From assembly GCA_016840465.1 (NCBI GenBank), contig JAEOSH010000017.1, forward strand, positions 1 to 32,000: a stretch of DNA of 32,000 nt, written 5' to 3'. The DNA comes from Candidatus Baldrarchaeum yapensis. GTDB taxonomy: Archaea; Asgardarchaeota; Baldrarchaeia; Baldrarchaeales; Baldrarchaeaceae. The notes beneath the pieces were generated by a model. That model was not told the DNA's origin. It saw nothing but the letters and a program-made list of their open reading frames with translations, and did no database searches. A program made the position numbers and the translations under genes. Shown here in pieces: positions 19,776 to 28,822 of the stretch (positions are counted from its first letter, which is position 1; every line of letters starts with the position of its first letter).

Positions 19776-20204
19776 TCACATCGAAATTACGTCTTTCGGC
19801 GTCAGCACCTCGAGATCCCAATACTCGCTGACCCTCTTAAAGTGTTTCACGTTTTTTGTGAGTAAGGAGTAACCATTTACTATACAAATTGCAGCTATGA
19901 AAGTGTCTCTTAACCCTATCTCCTTGCCTTCTCTCTTTAACCTCGTATCCATCTCGGCAGCAAGTTCAGCTGCGCTCTGATCTAGTGGAAGTTCGATAAG
20001 CCACGTCTTTAGTTCTTTTAATCTCTGAAGCTCTTCCGTCCTCTTTAACCATAATGGCCCTACGAAGAGTTCATATACCGTTATCGAGGAAACCGCCAAT
20101 TTAGTGTTCGATTTCTTCAACATAAGAATTGCTTTAGCGGATTCCGATTTCTCCTCTCTGAGATACTCTATCAGCACATCGGTGTCTATACAGACTTTCT
20201 CCAT
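19776..20204 (-). CDS. vapC: VapC-family PIN-domain toxin
   Basis: IDTDVLI, SSITVYEL, DTFIAAIC and LLTKNVKHF acidic PIN motifs. ATG at 20204 overlaps the antitoxin stop. Confidence 0.92.
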   Translation of the reverse strand: MEKVCIDTDVLIEYLREEKSESAKAILMLKKSNTKLAVSSITVYELFVGPLWLKRTEELQRLKELKTWLIELPLDQSAAELAAEMDTRLKREGKEIGLRDTFIAAICIVNGYSLLTKNVKHFKRVSEYWDLEVLTPKDVISM

Positions 20205-20431
20205 GATCTCCAGCGCTCCTCTATCAACTTCTTTATTTCGTTGATGTCGATGTTCTTCCATGAGCCCGCCAACTCCTCTAAACTTCTTATCTTCCTGATG
20301 ACTATTTTGTCCCCCTCCAGCGATACGTCCACATATGTTCCCTCCCTTATGCCCAGTTTCTTACTAATAACAGATGGAATAGTTATCTGCCGATTTCTAG
20401 TAACTTTCACAATTACCATAATACTCACCAT
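20186..20431 (-). CDS. AbrB/MazE/SpoVT-fold antitoxin (VapB)
   Basis: KVTRNRQITIP...LGIREG..V.V..EGDKIVIRK. Lies upstream of vapC; likely ATG at 20419. Confidence 0.9.
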   Translation of the reverse strand: MVSIMVIVKVTRNRQITIPSVISKKLGIREGTYVDVSLEGDKIVIRKIRSLEELAGSWKNIDINEIKKLIEERWRSWRKSV

Positions 20432-20691
20432 TCCTACTAAATTCTAAAGTAGCATAATAGAGTTGTGGTGTGCTCACCTGTATGCGGAATCGTTGAGGCT
20501 AACTGCAATAACCTTCCGCTAAAAATAAGTTTAGAGGAGAAAATACCACCGGGGCCCTGATATCTCCCGTAATGTCTGTAATCTTTCTACTAGTTACTTA
20601 GGATAGGAACGAAATTAAGAGTTTTATAAAGGTACGAGATAAAAAGTTTAATGTGAAAAACGAGTAGCATGGCGGGAACGGGGCGAACCCG

Positions 20692-23412
20692 ATGGATGAA
20701 AGTATCGCGCGCATGAGTCCCCTGATGCGCCAGTACCTCAGCCTCAAGAGAAAATATCCGGATGCAATACTTTTCTTCAGGGTCGGCGACTTTTACGAAA
20801 CCTACGGAAAGGACGCAATCCTGGTATCGAAGGAGTTAGGAATTGCCCTCACGGTCAGGGATCGGGAAAGAGATCGCACCCCCATGGCGGGGGTTCCACA
20901 TCACGCGGCGGAACCTTATATTGCAAAGCTTGTCAGACGCGGGTATAAGGTTGCGATAGCGGAGCAGCTCGAGGAGCCGAGCCCTAAGAAAAAACTGGTG
21001 CGGAGGGACGTAGTACGCATAATTACCCCCGGAACAGTGATAGAGGAGACCATCTTGGAGGATAAGTTTAACAACTATCTTGCAGGCGTTGTGAAGGCGA
21101 AGAAGGGTTACGGTGTCGCGTTTCTGGATATTTCCACCAGTGAGTTCTTCACAACGCAACTAGTCGGCGATAGAGCGCTTGACGACCTCCTCACCGAGTT
21201 ATCGAGGTTCTCTCCCGCCGAAATTGTCCTTCCCGAGAGTTTGTACGCGGATAAGGAATTTGTGGCGAAAATTAGGGAGTATCTCGAGAGGGTGGCCTTC
21301 ACCCCCTATCCGGATTACCACTTCGATTACGAGTTCGCCCGTGAGACCCTCCTCCAGCACTTCAAAGTGACATCACTCGAAGGTTTCGGATGCGAGGGAA
21401 TGCCGCTGGCAGTTTCAGCGGCTGGCGCTGTTCTTTCTTATGTCCTCGATACCCAGAAGATGCAGGTCGAGAACATAAAGACCCTTAAAACCTACCACGT
21501 CGCCCAGTACATGATCCTTGATGGAACCACCATCAGAAATCTCGAACTGTTGCAGAACTTCAGGGATCTCAGCACACGTGGGACACTTCTGGAGGTTCTC
21601 GACAAGACCGTCACCTCCATGGGAAGCAGGCTCCTGAAGAGGTGGATTCTCCAGCCACTGATAAACGTGAAAGAGATAAACAGGAGACTGGACGCTGTCG
21701 AGGAACTCGTGAATAATAGCTTCCTCAGAGAGGAGATAAGGGAACTGCTGGACGAGGTCTACGACATTGAGAGGATAATAAGCAGGCTGAACCTTGGCAG
21801 GCTGAACCCCAAGGACATGATCGCATTGAAGGAGTCCCTAAAGAGGATACCGCAGATCGCCGACCTCCTTAAGGATACTAAGTCCGATCTTCTCAGGGAA
21901 ATAAGGGAAGACCTAAATGGCCTCCCGGAGATCGTGGACCTCATCGAGAGGGCAATCGTTGATGACCCTCCACCGACCGTGCAGGAGGGCGGGATAATAA
22001 AGGACGGCTTCAATGAGGAATTAGACAAGCTGAGGGAGGTCGTGAGGAAGGGGAAGCAGTGGATATTAGAACTTGAGCAGAGGGAGAGGGCGCGAACCGG
22101 GATAAAGTCACTGAAGGTCGGGTACAATAAAGTGTTCGGCTACTACATCGAGGTCCCGAAATCCCAAGCGAATAGGGTTCCGAAGGACTACATCAGAAAG
22201 CAGACTCTGACCAATGCCGAGAGATTCATCACTCCCGAGCTCAAGGAGTACGAGGCCCAGGTACTGAACGCGGAAGACAGGATAAAGGAACTCGAGTACC
22301 AGATCTTCCAGGAGATCAGGAATAAGGTGTGCGAGAAAACGGAGGAAATCCAAAAAACTGCAAAGGCACTCGCAACACTTGATGTCCTTACAACATTCGC
22401 GAAGATAGCCGTGGAGTACAATTACGTCCGACCGATAGTCGATGATAGCGATGTTATTGAGATAAAGGCCGGAAGGCACCCGGTAGTGGAGCAAATGATA
22501 GAGGAGGACTTTGTGCCGAACGACGCTTACCTCAACAACACGACCGACCAGATACTGATAGTCACGGGACCCAACATGGCGGGTAAATCAACCTACCTCA
22601 GGCAGGTGGCGCTAATAGTTCTGCTGGCGCAAATGGGATGTTTCGTCCCGGCAAAGTATGCTAGGATCGGTGTTGTCGATAGGATCTTCACGAGAGTCGG
22701 CGCAGTTGACGACATAACTAAGAGGCAGAGCACGTTTATGGTGGAGATGCTGGAGACCGCAAACATCCTCAATAACGCGACCTCGCGCAGTCTCATAATT
22801 CTGGACGAGATAGGCAGAGGAACCTCGACGTTCGACGGGATGAGCATAGCTTGGGCGGTAATAGAGTACATACACAACCGCATCGGGGCAAAGACTCTGT
22901 TTGCAACCCACTATCACCACCTCACGCAGATAGAACAGGTGCTCCCCCGGGTCAAGAACTACCACGTCGCGGTCGCTGAAGTTGACGGCAAGATGATATT
23001 CCTGAGGAAGGTGAAGCCGGGGCCATCTGACAGAAGCTACGGAATCCAAGTGGCAAAACTCGCAGGACTCCCACCTGAGGTCATCAGCAGAGCAGAGGAG
23101 ATCCTCCACCTGATAGAGGAGCAGAGCAACATAAGGATCCCGGTGGAGAAGATCTCCAGTGTTTCTGCTCCCGAGTATGATGCGAGAGCCGAAGAAACCG
23201 TCGCATCAATTGAGGATTTGATGCCCGAGATAGAAGTTAAGGAGGACGTAAAGAGGAAGATCGAGAGGATGAGGGAGGAGAGAGTCGAGGAGGCCGCGGT
23301 CGTGGAAGAGGGAGAGGAGGTTGTATCGGAAGCGGTAACCATGGAGGAAACCGAAGAGGAGAAGAAAAAGAAAGTTGCCCAATTCACTCTGGATCAATTC
23401 ATCAAGAAGTAG
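20692..23412 (+). CDS. mutS: DNA mismatch repair protein MutS (MutS1 type)
   Basis: FFRVGDFYE mismatch-binding motif, TGPNMAGKST, STFMVEM, LDEIGRGTST, FATHYH and SYGIQVA. Confidence 0.97.
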   Translation: MDESIARMSPLMRQYLSLKRKYPDAILFFRVGDFYETYGKDAILVSKELGIALTVRDRERDRTPMAGVPHHAAEPYIAKLVRRGYKVAIAEQLEEPSPKKKLVRRDVVRIITPGTVIEETILEDKFNNYLAGVVKAKKGYGVAFLDISTSEFFTTQLVGDRALDDLLTELSRFSPAEIVLPESLYADKEFVAKIREYLERVAFTPYPDYHFDYEFARETLLQHFKVTSLEGFGCEGMPLAVSAAGAVLSYVLDTQKMQVENIKTLKTYHVAQYMILDGTTIRNLELLQNFRDLSTRGTLLEVLDKTVTSMGSRLLKRWILQPLINVKEINRRLDAVEELVNNSFLREEIRELLDEVYDIERIISRLNLGRLNPKDMIALKESLKRIPQIADLLKDTKSDLLREIREDLNGLPEIVDLIERAIVDDPPPTVQEGGIIKDGFNEELDKLREVVRKGKQWILELEQRERARTGIKSLKVGYNKVFGYYIEVPKSQANRVPKDYIRKQTLTNAERFITPELKEYEAQVLNAEDRIKELEYQIFQEIRNKVCEKTEEIQKTAKALATLDVLTTFAKIAVEYNYVRPIVDDSDVIEIKAGRHPVVEQMIEEDFVPNDAYLNNTTDQILIVTGPNMAGKSTYLRQVALIVLLAQMGCFVPAKYARIGVVDRIFTRVGAVDDITKRQSTFMVEMLETANILNNATSRSLIILDEIGRGTSTFDGMSIAWAVIEYIHNRIGAKTLFATHYHHLTQIEQVLPRVKNYHVAVAEVDGKMIFLRKVKPGPSDRSYGIQVAKLAGLPPEVISRAEEILHLIEEQSNIRIPVEKISSVSAPEYDARAEETVASIEDLMPEIEVKEDVKRKIERMREERVEEAAVVEEGEEVVSEAVTMEETEEEKKKKVAQFTLDQFIKK

Positions 23413-23421
23413 GTGTGATGA

Positions 23422-25158
23422 TTGCCGCGCATAATAAAACTCGATAAGAACGTGATTGAGAGGATAGCAGCGGGTGAGGTTGTAGAAAGACCCGCATCCG
23501 TCGTTAAGGAACTAATAGAAAACTCCATAGATGCGGGCGCGTCCAGGATCCTCATCGAGGTGCAGGGCGCGGGGCTGAAGAAGATAAGGGTCTCCGACGA
23601 TGGAATTGGCATGGACAAGGAGGATGCCGTGCTGGCGGTGCAGAGGTACACCACTAGCAAGATAAGATCCCCCGAGGATCTCGAGAGGATCGTGACCCTC
23701 GGCTTCCGGGGAGAGGCACTTGCAAGCATAGGTGCAGTCTCCTTCCTCAAAATCATAACTAGGACCCACGACTCCGAGATAGGCACAGAGGTCTCTGTCG
23801 AGGGCGGAACAATAAAGAGGGTGGAACCCGTAGGATGTTCACCTGGAACCACGGTCATCGTCGAGAACCTGTTCTTCAACGCGCCCGCACGAAAGAAGTT
23901 CTTGAAAAGCACAGACGTGGAACTCTCAGAGATAGTCAACACAGTCACTAGATACGTGCTGGCGTACCCCCACATATCCTTCCGCCTGATAAGTGATGGG
24001 AAGGTCCTAATATCATCACCAGCCGCAAGAGACCTTCTCGAGAAAATCCTGCACATTTACGGAAGAAGAGTAGCTGAGGCCATGATAAAGGTAGAATACG
24101 AAGCCGATGGGGTGAAGATAACTGGATATACCTCTAAACCCGATGTGACAAGAGGTACTCGCTCCCATATGAACATCTACGTCAACGGAAGGCCCGTGAT
24201 AGATGAAACTCTATATAAGGCGATACTTGACGCGTATGGCCCCACCCTTCCGAAACGCAGATACCCTATCTGCGTCCTCAACCTAGAAATAGACCCCTCC
24301 CGCGTCGACGTAAACGTCCACCCCACGAAGAGAGAAGTCCGGTTTGACAACCCGGATCTTGTGTACAACGCCCTGCGCGATGCAATCCGCAACTCCTTAT
24401 TCTCCCAGAAGGCGGTACCAGCCCCCGAGGAGAAGACCTTTATAATGCCGCCGGAGATGAGAGAATCGGAGAGGAGACTACCGGAGGTTAAACAGATCCC
24501 CTTAACCAGTATAAGAGTCGAAGGCCTGCAGACGAAGTTGGAGGAGTTTGAAGAAAGGGAAAAGGAGGTTGTGTCCCGCGGGGTGACGTGGAAGATAGCA
24601 GGGCAGGTTGCGGACTCCTTCATAATAGCCTATGACGATGAGAACATGTATGTCATAGATCAGCACGCGGCCCACGAAAGAGTAATATTCGAAAGGCTGA
24701 GAAGGCGGAGAATGGAGAAGGGAATAAAGAAGCAGTCCCTACTGGCGCCAATAGTCGTGGAACTGCCGCCAGCGGAGGCGGAGTTCCTGAGAAGAAACAT
24801 CGAGTACTTTAAGAGCTTCGGAATAGATGTGGCGGAGTTTGGCGGGAACTCCTTTATCATAAGGGCACTTCCCGCAACAATCACGTCTGTAGATGAAAAA
24901 TCCGTAAGGGAATTCCTGATGGAACTCCTGACGTCGAATGGTAGGGTTAGGAGGAAAGTTCCGTCGAGTGACGAGGTTCTCGCGACGATCGCATGTAGAT
25001 CGGCCATTAAAGCCGGCGAAAAACTGGATCCCGAAACCATGAGGAAAATTCTACAAGATTTACTGCGTGAGGTCAAAAACCCCTTCATATGCCCACACGG
25101 AAGACCGACCATCGCAGTTTTTCCTATTTCAAGACTAAAAAAGCTATTTAAGAGATGA
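23422..25158 (+). CDS. mutL: DNA mismatch repair protein MutL with intact endonuclease motifs
   Basis: IAAGEVVERPASVVKELIENSIDAG, GFRGEALASI, DVNVHPTKREV, DQHAAHERVIFE, ACR and CPHGRP. TTG start. Confidence 0.97.
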   Translation: MPRIIKLDKNVIERIAAGEVVERPASVVKELIENSIDAGASRILIEVQGAGLKKIRVSDDGIGMDKEDAVLAVQRYTTSKIRSPEDLERIVTLGFRGEALASIGAVSFLKIITRTHDSEIGTEVSVEGGTIKRVEPVGCSPGTTVIVENLFFNAPARKKFLKSTDVELSEIVNTVTRYVLAYPHISFRLISDGKVLISSPAARDLLEKILHIYGRRVAEAMIKVEYEADGVKITGYTSKPDVTRGTRSHMNIYVNGRPVIDETLYKAILDAYGPTLPKRRYPICVLNLEIDPSRVDVNVHPTKREVRFDNPDLVYNALRDAIRNSLFSQKAVPAPEEKTFIMPPEMRESERRLPEVKQIPLTSIRVEGLQTKLEEFEEREKEVVSRGVTWKIAGQVADSFIIAYDDENMYVIDQHAAHERVIFERLRRRRMEKGIKKQSLLAPIVVELPPAEAEFLRRNIEYFKSFGIDVAEFGGNSFIIRALPATITSVDEKSVREFLMELLTSNGRVRRKVPSSDEVLATIACRSAIKAGEKLDPETMRKILQDLLREVKNPFICPHGRPTIAVFPISRLKKLFKR

Positions 25159-25245
25159 AGATATGAACAAAAGATCGACACCCTGACCCAAAAACTTGAT
25201 TGCTTCGAAGTAAAGGACGAATGTCGTGATTGATCGGGGATCTAA

Positions 25246-26177
25246 ATGATGCTAAAGAACGTAATATTAATAACAATTGATTGCTTGAGACCCGATCATT
25301 TGAACTGCTACGGATATAAGCGTATAACGTCTCCGTTTATAAGTTCATTAGCGCGAACCGGCTGGATTTTCACAAATTTCTTTGCAAACTCTTCTTACAC
25401 GTGTGCATCAATAGCCTCAATGATCACCAGCACATATCCCTTTGACTACGGCGAGTACCTCGAGTTCTCCACACCCGCAAGATTGTCTAAAAAGAGACTA
25501 TTATTATCAGAAGTTTTGAAAAAGTACGGCTACTCAACGGCATTCTTTCACGATAACCCGTACTTATCACCAATATTCGGCTACAACAGGGGATTTGATG
25601 TTTGTATAGACTTTGGAAGAAAGGTGCTCAGTAGCATTAGATCCAAAAGAAGATTCCTCAATTTAATGTTCAAAAATAAGAAGATACAAGATCTGCTCTG
25701 GAAGATAAAGGATTTCGTCCTTCTGATAGATTGGTTCATACGAGGAAAACCTATACGGACCGATGCCGAAACAATATTGCGAGAAGCTTATAAGTGGTCA
25801 CGGAAGGCTAGCCGACCCTTCTTCCTCTGGATGCACCTCATGGATACTCACATACCGTATTCACCCAAGCATGAGGTGCTCAAACAATTCGGTATAAGCA
25901 AGCTCAGAGCCGCCATGATACTGTACAAACAGATATTCAGGAAGAATATTTCAAAAGAAGAAGTACGTCTGGTAAAACTATTATACGACTCTCAGATATA
26001 TCAAATCGACCAGGCATTGGCAAAATATCTGCCTAAGATGGTCAATCACGACTTCGAAGATACTTACATAATAATTACAGCAGATCACGGAGAAGAGTTC
26101 TTCGAAAACGGAAGAATAGGGCACTCAGGCGTCTTAACTGATACGCTACTACGCGTGCCACTGATAATATGTGGTGG
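25246..26177 (+). pseudogene. Sulfatase / alkaline-phosphatase-superfamily gene, 5' part, interrupted by IS607
   Basis: Motifs LITIDCLRPDH, HLMDTHIPY, YDSQI, ITADHGEEF, GH and RVPLII. The frame continues after the IS. Confidence 0.88.
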
Positions 26178-28027
26178 GCTGAAACGTATAGTGTTGCATT
26201 CGTAGCATTTAAGTACTTTTGTTGCATCAGATGATGTGATGACAAAATTATATAGAACTGGGAAGGTTGCGGAGATTCTTGGAGTAAATAGAGTTACGGT
26301 AATTAGGTGGATTAAGCAAGGTAAGATTAAAGCGGTGAGAGTTGGTAAAGAGTATAGGATTCCAGAAGATGAAGTGAAAAGATTACTTAAAGGTAAGGTT
26401 ATTAATACAGCGGTTATTTATGCTCGTGTGAGTTCTTCAGACCAAAGGAGCGATTTGGAGAGGCAAGTTGAATATCTTAAGGAGTATTGCACAGCTAGAG
26501 GATACAATGTAGTTGGTATTCTAGCAGATATTGCTTCTGGATTAAATGAAAAGCGAAGAGGTTTGAAAAAGCTGTTTGAATACGTTGTAAACGGAAAGGT
26601 TGACGTTGTAGTAATCAGCTACAAGGATAGACTTACGAGATTTGGGTTCAGGTATTTAGAAGAGTTCTTCAACTCACATGGAGTTAGAATTGAAGTCGTT
26701 TTCGGAGAAGAACCTAAGGATTTACAGCAAGAGCTAATTGAAGACTTAATTGCCATTGTAACATCATTTGCTGGTCGATTATACGGAATGAGAAGTCATA
26801 AAAAGAAGAAGGTGGTAGAGAGTGTCAAGCAAGCGATCAGAGACTGTTAAACTCACGGCAAGGTTCAAACTCGATGGTGAAGTAGATGAGAGACTGTTCG
26901 AAACGTACAAACGGATTGTCAATGAATTGTTGGATTACGCTCATTCCAAAGGAATTACCTCGTTCAAGAGACTGAAGTCCGAAAAATATCACGAGTTGAG
27001 GCAAGAGTACCCCGAATTGCCGTCTCATTACATTTACACGGCGTGCCAGATGGCTTGCTCCATCTATAAGTCGTTTAGAAAGCTTAAAAGAAAGGGAAAG
27101 ACAAAATCCGAAAAACCATTACTAAGGAAAGATGTAATTATGCTTGATGACCACCTGTTTAAGCTAGACTTGGAAAAATGGAAAGTCAGAATTTCTGTTC
27201 CCGATGGAAAATTGGAGTTTAAGCTTTTGCATGGAGAGTATCACGAGAGATTTAAGGACTGGAAGGTCGGTCAGGCATGGCTGGTCAGAAAGCCTGACGG
27301 AGTTTATCTGAACGTAGTATTCTCAAAGAATGTCGAGATGCTACATTGTGTGGATGTCATAGGTGTTGACGTGAACGAAAACAACATTACTGTTGCGACC
27401 AATCGGGGCTTTGTGAACTTTGGGACGAGAGAAAGGGTAATTAGAACCGCTTACTTCCTGAAGAGAAGGAGAATCCAAACCAAGATTAAGAGCAAGAGGG
27501 TTAAAGCTAGGATTTTGGCAAAATATCGTGATAGGGAAAGAAACAGGGTTCTGGACATTTACCATAAAGTTGCTAATGAAATTGTCAGATTGGCATTAAA
27601 AATGAGGTCTGCAATAGCCCTAGAAAGTCTCAAAGAAATAAGGAGTAGGATAAACTACTCAAAGGAGCTGAACGGAAGGTTGCATAGATGGAGTTTCAGG
27701 AGATTTCAACAAATATTGGAGTACAAGGCTAAACTCAATGGTATTGCGGTTATTTATGTCGATCCTCACAAAACCTCCCGCCTCTGCCCGATATGTGGGA
27801 GGAAGCTAAGCCCGAATGGGCGGAGGCGGTTGAAGTGCGAATGCGGGCTGGTTGCTGATAGAGATGTCATCGGTAGTTGGAATATCAGATTGAGAGGTTT
27901 GAGATCTTTAAAGATAGATGTGGGGAGCACCGTTCCCCCCGAAAGCCCGTCGATGAACCCCGAGACGGGAAGACTCTCCGCTACACATGCATCAAAAGTT
28001 GTGAAAGTAGCGGAGAGTCAGAACGGG
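26178..28027 (+). mobile_element. IS607-family insertion sequence (serine-recombinase tnpA plus tnpB)
   Basis: Removing 26178-28027 restores the host frame (TGT GGT GG|T TTA AAG). GG is present at both junctions, there are no terminal inverted repeats, and TGTTGCAT direct repeats sit in the left end (26192, 26220). Confidence 0.92.
26236..26850 (+). CDS. tnpA: IS607 transposase (MerR-like HTH plus serine recombinase)
   Basis: YRTGKVAEILGV HTH, VIYARVSS catalytic motif, YKDRLTRFG and ELIEDLIAIVTSFAGRLYGMRS. Confidence 0.96.
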   Translation: MMTKLYRTGKVAEILGVNRVTVIRWIKQGKIKAVRVGKEYRIPEDEVKRLLKGKVINTAVIYARVSSSDQRSDLERQVEYLKEYCTARGYNVVGILADIASGLNEKRRGLKKLFEYVVNGKVDVVVISYKDRLTRFGFRYLEEFFNSHGVRIEVVFGEEPKDLQQELIEDLIAIVTSFAGRLYGMRSHKKKKVVESVKQAIRDC

Positions 28028-28132
28028 TTTAAAGCACAAAGTGATCGACATAAAGGCATCCCTAATAGACCTTGCACCCACAATATTGGATCTTCTCGGA
28101 TTGAAAATTCCACGCCGCTTCAAAGGAACTAG
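26822..28132 (+). CDS. tnpB: TnpB RNA-guided endonuclease; the ORF reads through the right end into host DNA
   Basis: RuvC-I GVDVN, RuvC-II IALESL, CPICG/CECG Zn finger and RuvC-III DRDVIGSWNI. All three acidic residues are present. Confidence 0.94.
   Translation: MSSKRSETVKLTARFKLDGEVDERLFETYKRIVNELLDYAHSKGITSFKRLKSEKYHELRQEYPELPSHYIYTACQMACSIYKSFRKLKRKGKTKSEKPLLRKDVIMLDDHLFKLDLEKWKVRISVPDGKLEFKLLHGEYHERFKDWKVGQAWLVRKPDGVYLNVVFSKNVEMLHCVDVIGVDVNENNITVATNRGFVNFGTRERVIRTAYFLKRRRIQTKIKSKRVKARILAKYRDRERNRVLDIYHKVANEIVRLALKMRSAIALESLKEIRSRINYSKELNGRLHRWSFRRFQQILEYKAKLNGIAVIYVDPHKTSRLCPICGRKLSPNGRRRLKCECGLVADRDVIGSWNIRLRGLRSLKIDVGSTVPPESPSMNPETGRLSATHASKVVKVAESQNGFKAQSDRHKGIPNRPCTHNIGSSRIENSTPLQRN
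27917..28047 (+). ncRNA. Predicted TnpB omegaRNA (right-end scaffold plus about 20-nt guide TTTAAAGCACAAAGTGATCG)
   Basis: GATGTGGGG start, K-loop CCCGTC-GATGAACCCCGA-GACGGG (27946-27969), perfect 13-bp stem 27972-27984/28007-28019, then the element end. The 5' boundary is approximate. Confidence 0.7.
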
Positions 28133-28211
28133 CCTCTTAAGAAAGAAAAAATCGGATAAAGTAATAGCTCAGGGAATATTCCGTGGAGTGAGATACCAAA
28201 GAATAATCTAA
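28028..28211 (+). pseudogene. 3' part of the IS607-interrupted sulfatase-family gene
   Basis: Translates LKHKVIDIKASLIDLAPTILDLLGLKIPRRFKGTSLL..., the typical sulfatase C-terminal D-x-x-PT-x-L-D...G-x-SL pattern. In frame with the 5' part. Confidence 0.88.
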
Positions 28212-28227
28212 TCTGATTCTTCGATAA

Positions 28228-28310
28228 CTATATCTGACCATAACGGTGTACCTTCCTTTTGCTCTTATAAAAATCTATCAAGACGTCCGATCGATGAGAA
28301 TCTTCTCCAT
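28228..28310 (-). pseudogene. Frameshifted, truncated VapC/PIN toxin remnant
   Basis: ATG GAG AAG ATT CTC ATC GAT CG GAC GTC TTG ATA GAT reads MEKILID(T)DVLIDFYK if one A is restored. Closely parallels the VapC at 20204 (MEKVCIDTDVLI). Confidence 0.72.
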
Positions 28311-28546
28311 TCCGCTTCCCTCACCCGCCCTGCATAATCCTCGGCAGCCTCTATACTGACACTGGCCAGAATTTCCTTCACCTCATCCCCCAGATCCTCC
28401 AGCAACTCCTCGCTACTGATGATGCCCTCAAGCCTCCTAACGTAGTCTATGATCGCCTTTCGGGCAACCTCGCTCCACTTAACCTCCGGATGCTTCTTCA
28501 TAAGCTCGTAGATCTCCTCGGGTATCGATAATGTTATGTTTGGCAT
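28265..28546 (-). CDS. Ribbon-helix-helix antitoxin-like protein
   Basis: MPNITLSIPEEIYELMKKHPEVKWSEVARKAI fits the RHH pattern. The true start is ATG 28546, not 28873. Confidence 0.82.
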   Translation of the reverse strand: MPNITLSIPEEIYELMKKHPEVKWSEVARKAIIDYVRRLEGIISSEELLEDLGDEVKEILASVSIEAAEDYAGRVREAEWRRFSSIGRLDRFL

Positions 28547-28596
28547 ATGTGTAGTACGTGATTCCACATGTTTAAGTATGCCTCTGCAGTGAAAAT

Positions 28597-28800
28597 GGGA
28601 TGAGCACCTAAGATGTGGTTGCCCGTGCGTTATCTTTTGGAAACTAAGGGTATTTTGGGAACCCGCACGGGCTTCCCCCTCGGCCGCCTCATCCCTCTTC
28701 GGCGGCCCATCGGGGGCCACATCGACGGGCACCACGGGGCCCGCCTCACGTGCGATCCGCCCACGCCTGATCGGGGCCGCCCGATCATCGGCACGGGCAC
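28597..28800 (-). ncRNA. Candidate stand-alone structured RNA (K-loop, three-way junction, possible pseudoknot)
   Basis: Strongly GC-rich island with nested complementary segments (see findings), starting about 25 nt downstream of a TATA box. Confidence 0.65.
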
Positions 28801-28822
28801 CACGATCAATGCCCCAGCCGGG

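Noticed and set aside
28597-28800. Identity as SRP RNA, RNase P RNA, 5S rRNA, tRNA, hammerhead or HDV-like ribozyme
   Set aside because: No SRP helix-8 GGAA/AGCA motif, no GAGGAAAGUCC, no TTCGA T-arm or cloverleaf. CCGAUGA is not followed by a stem and GAAA, and the P3/L3 geometry does not fit HDV.
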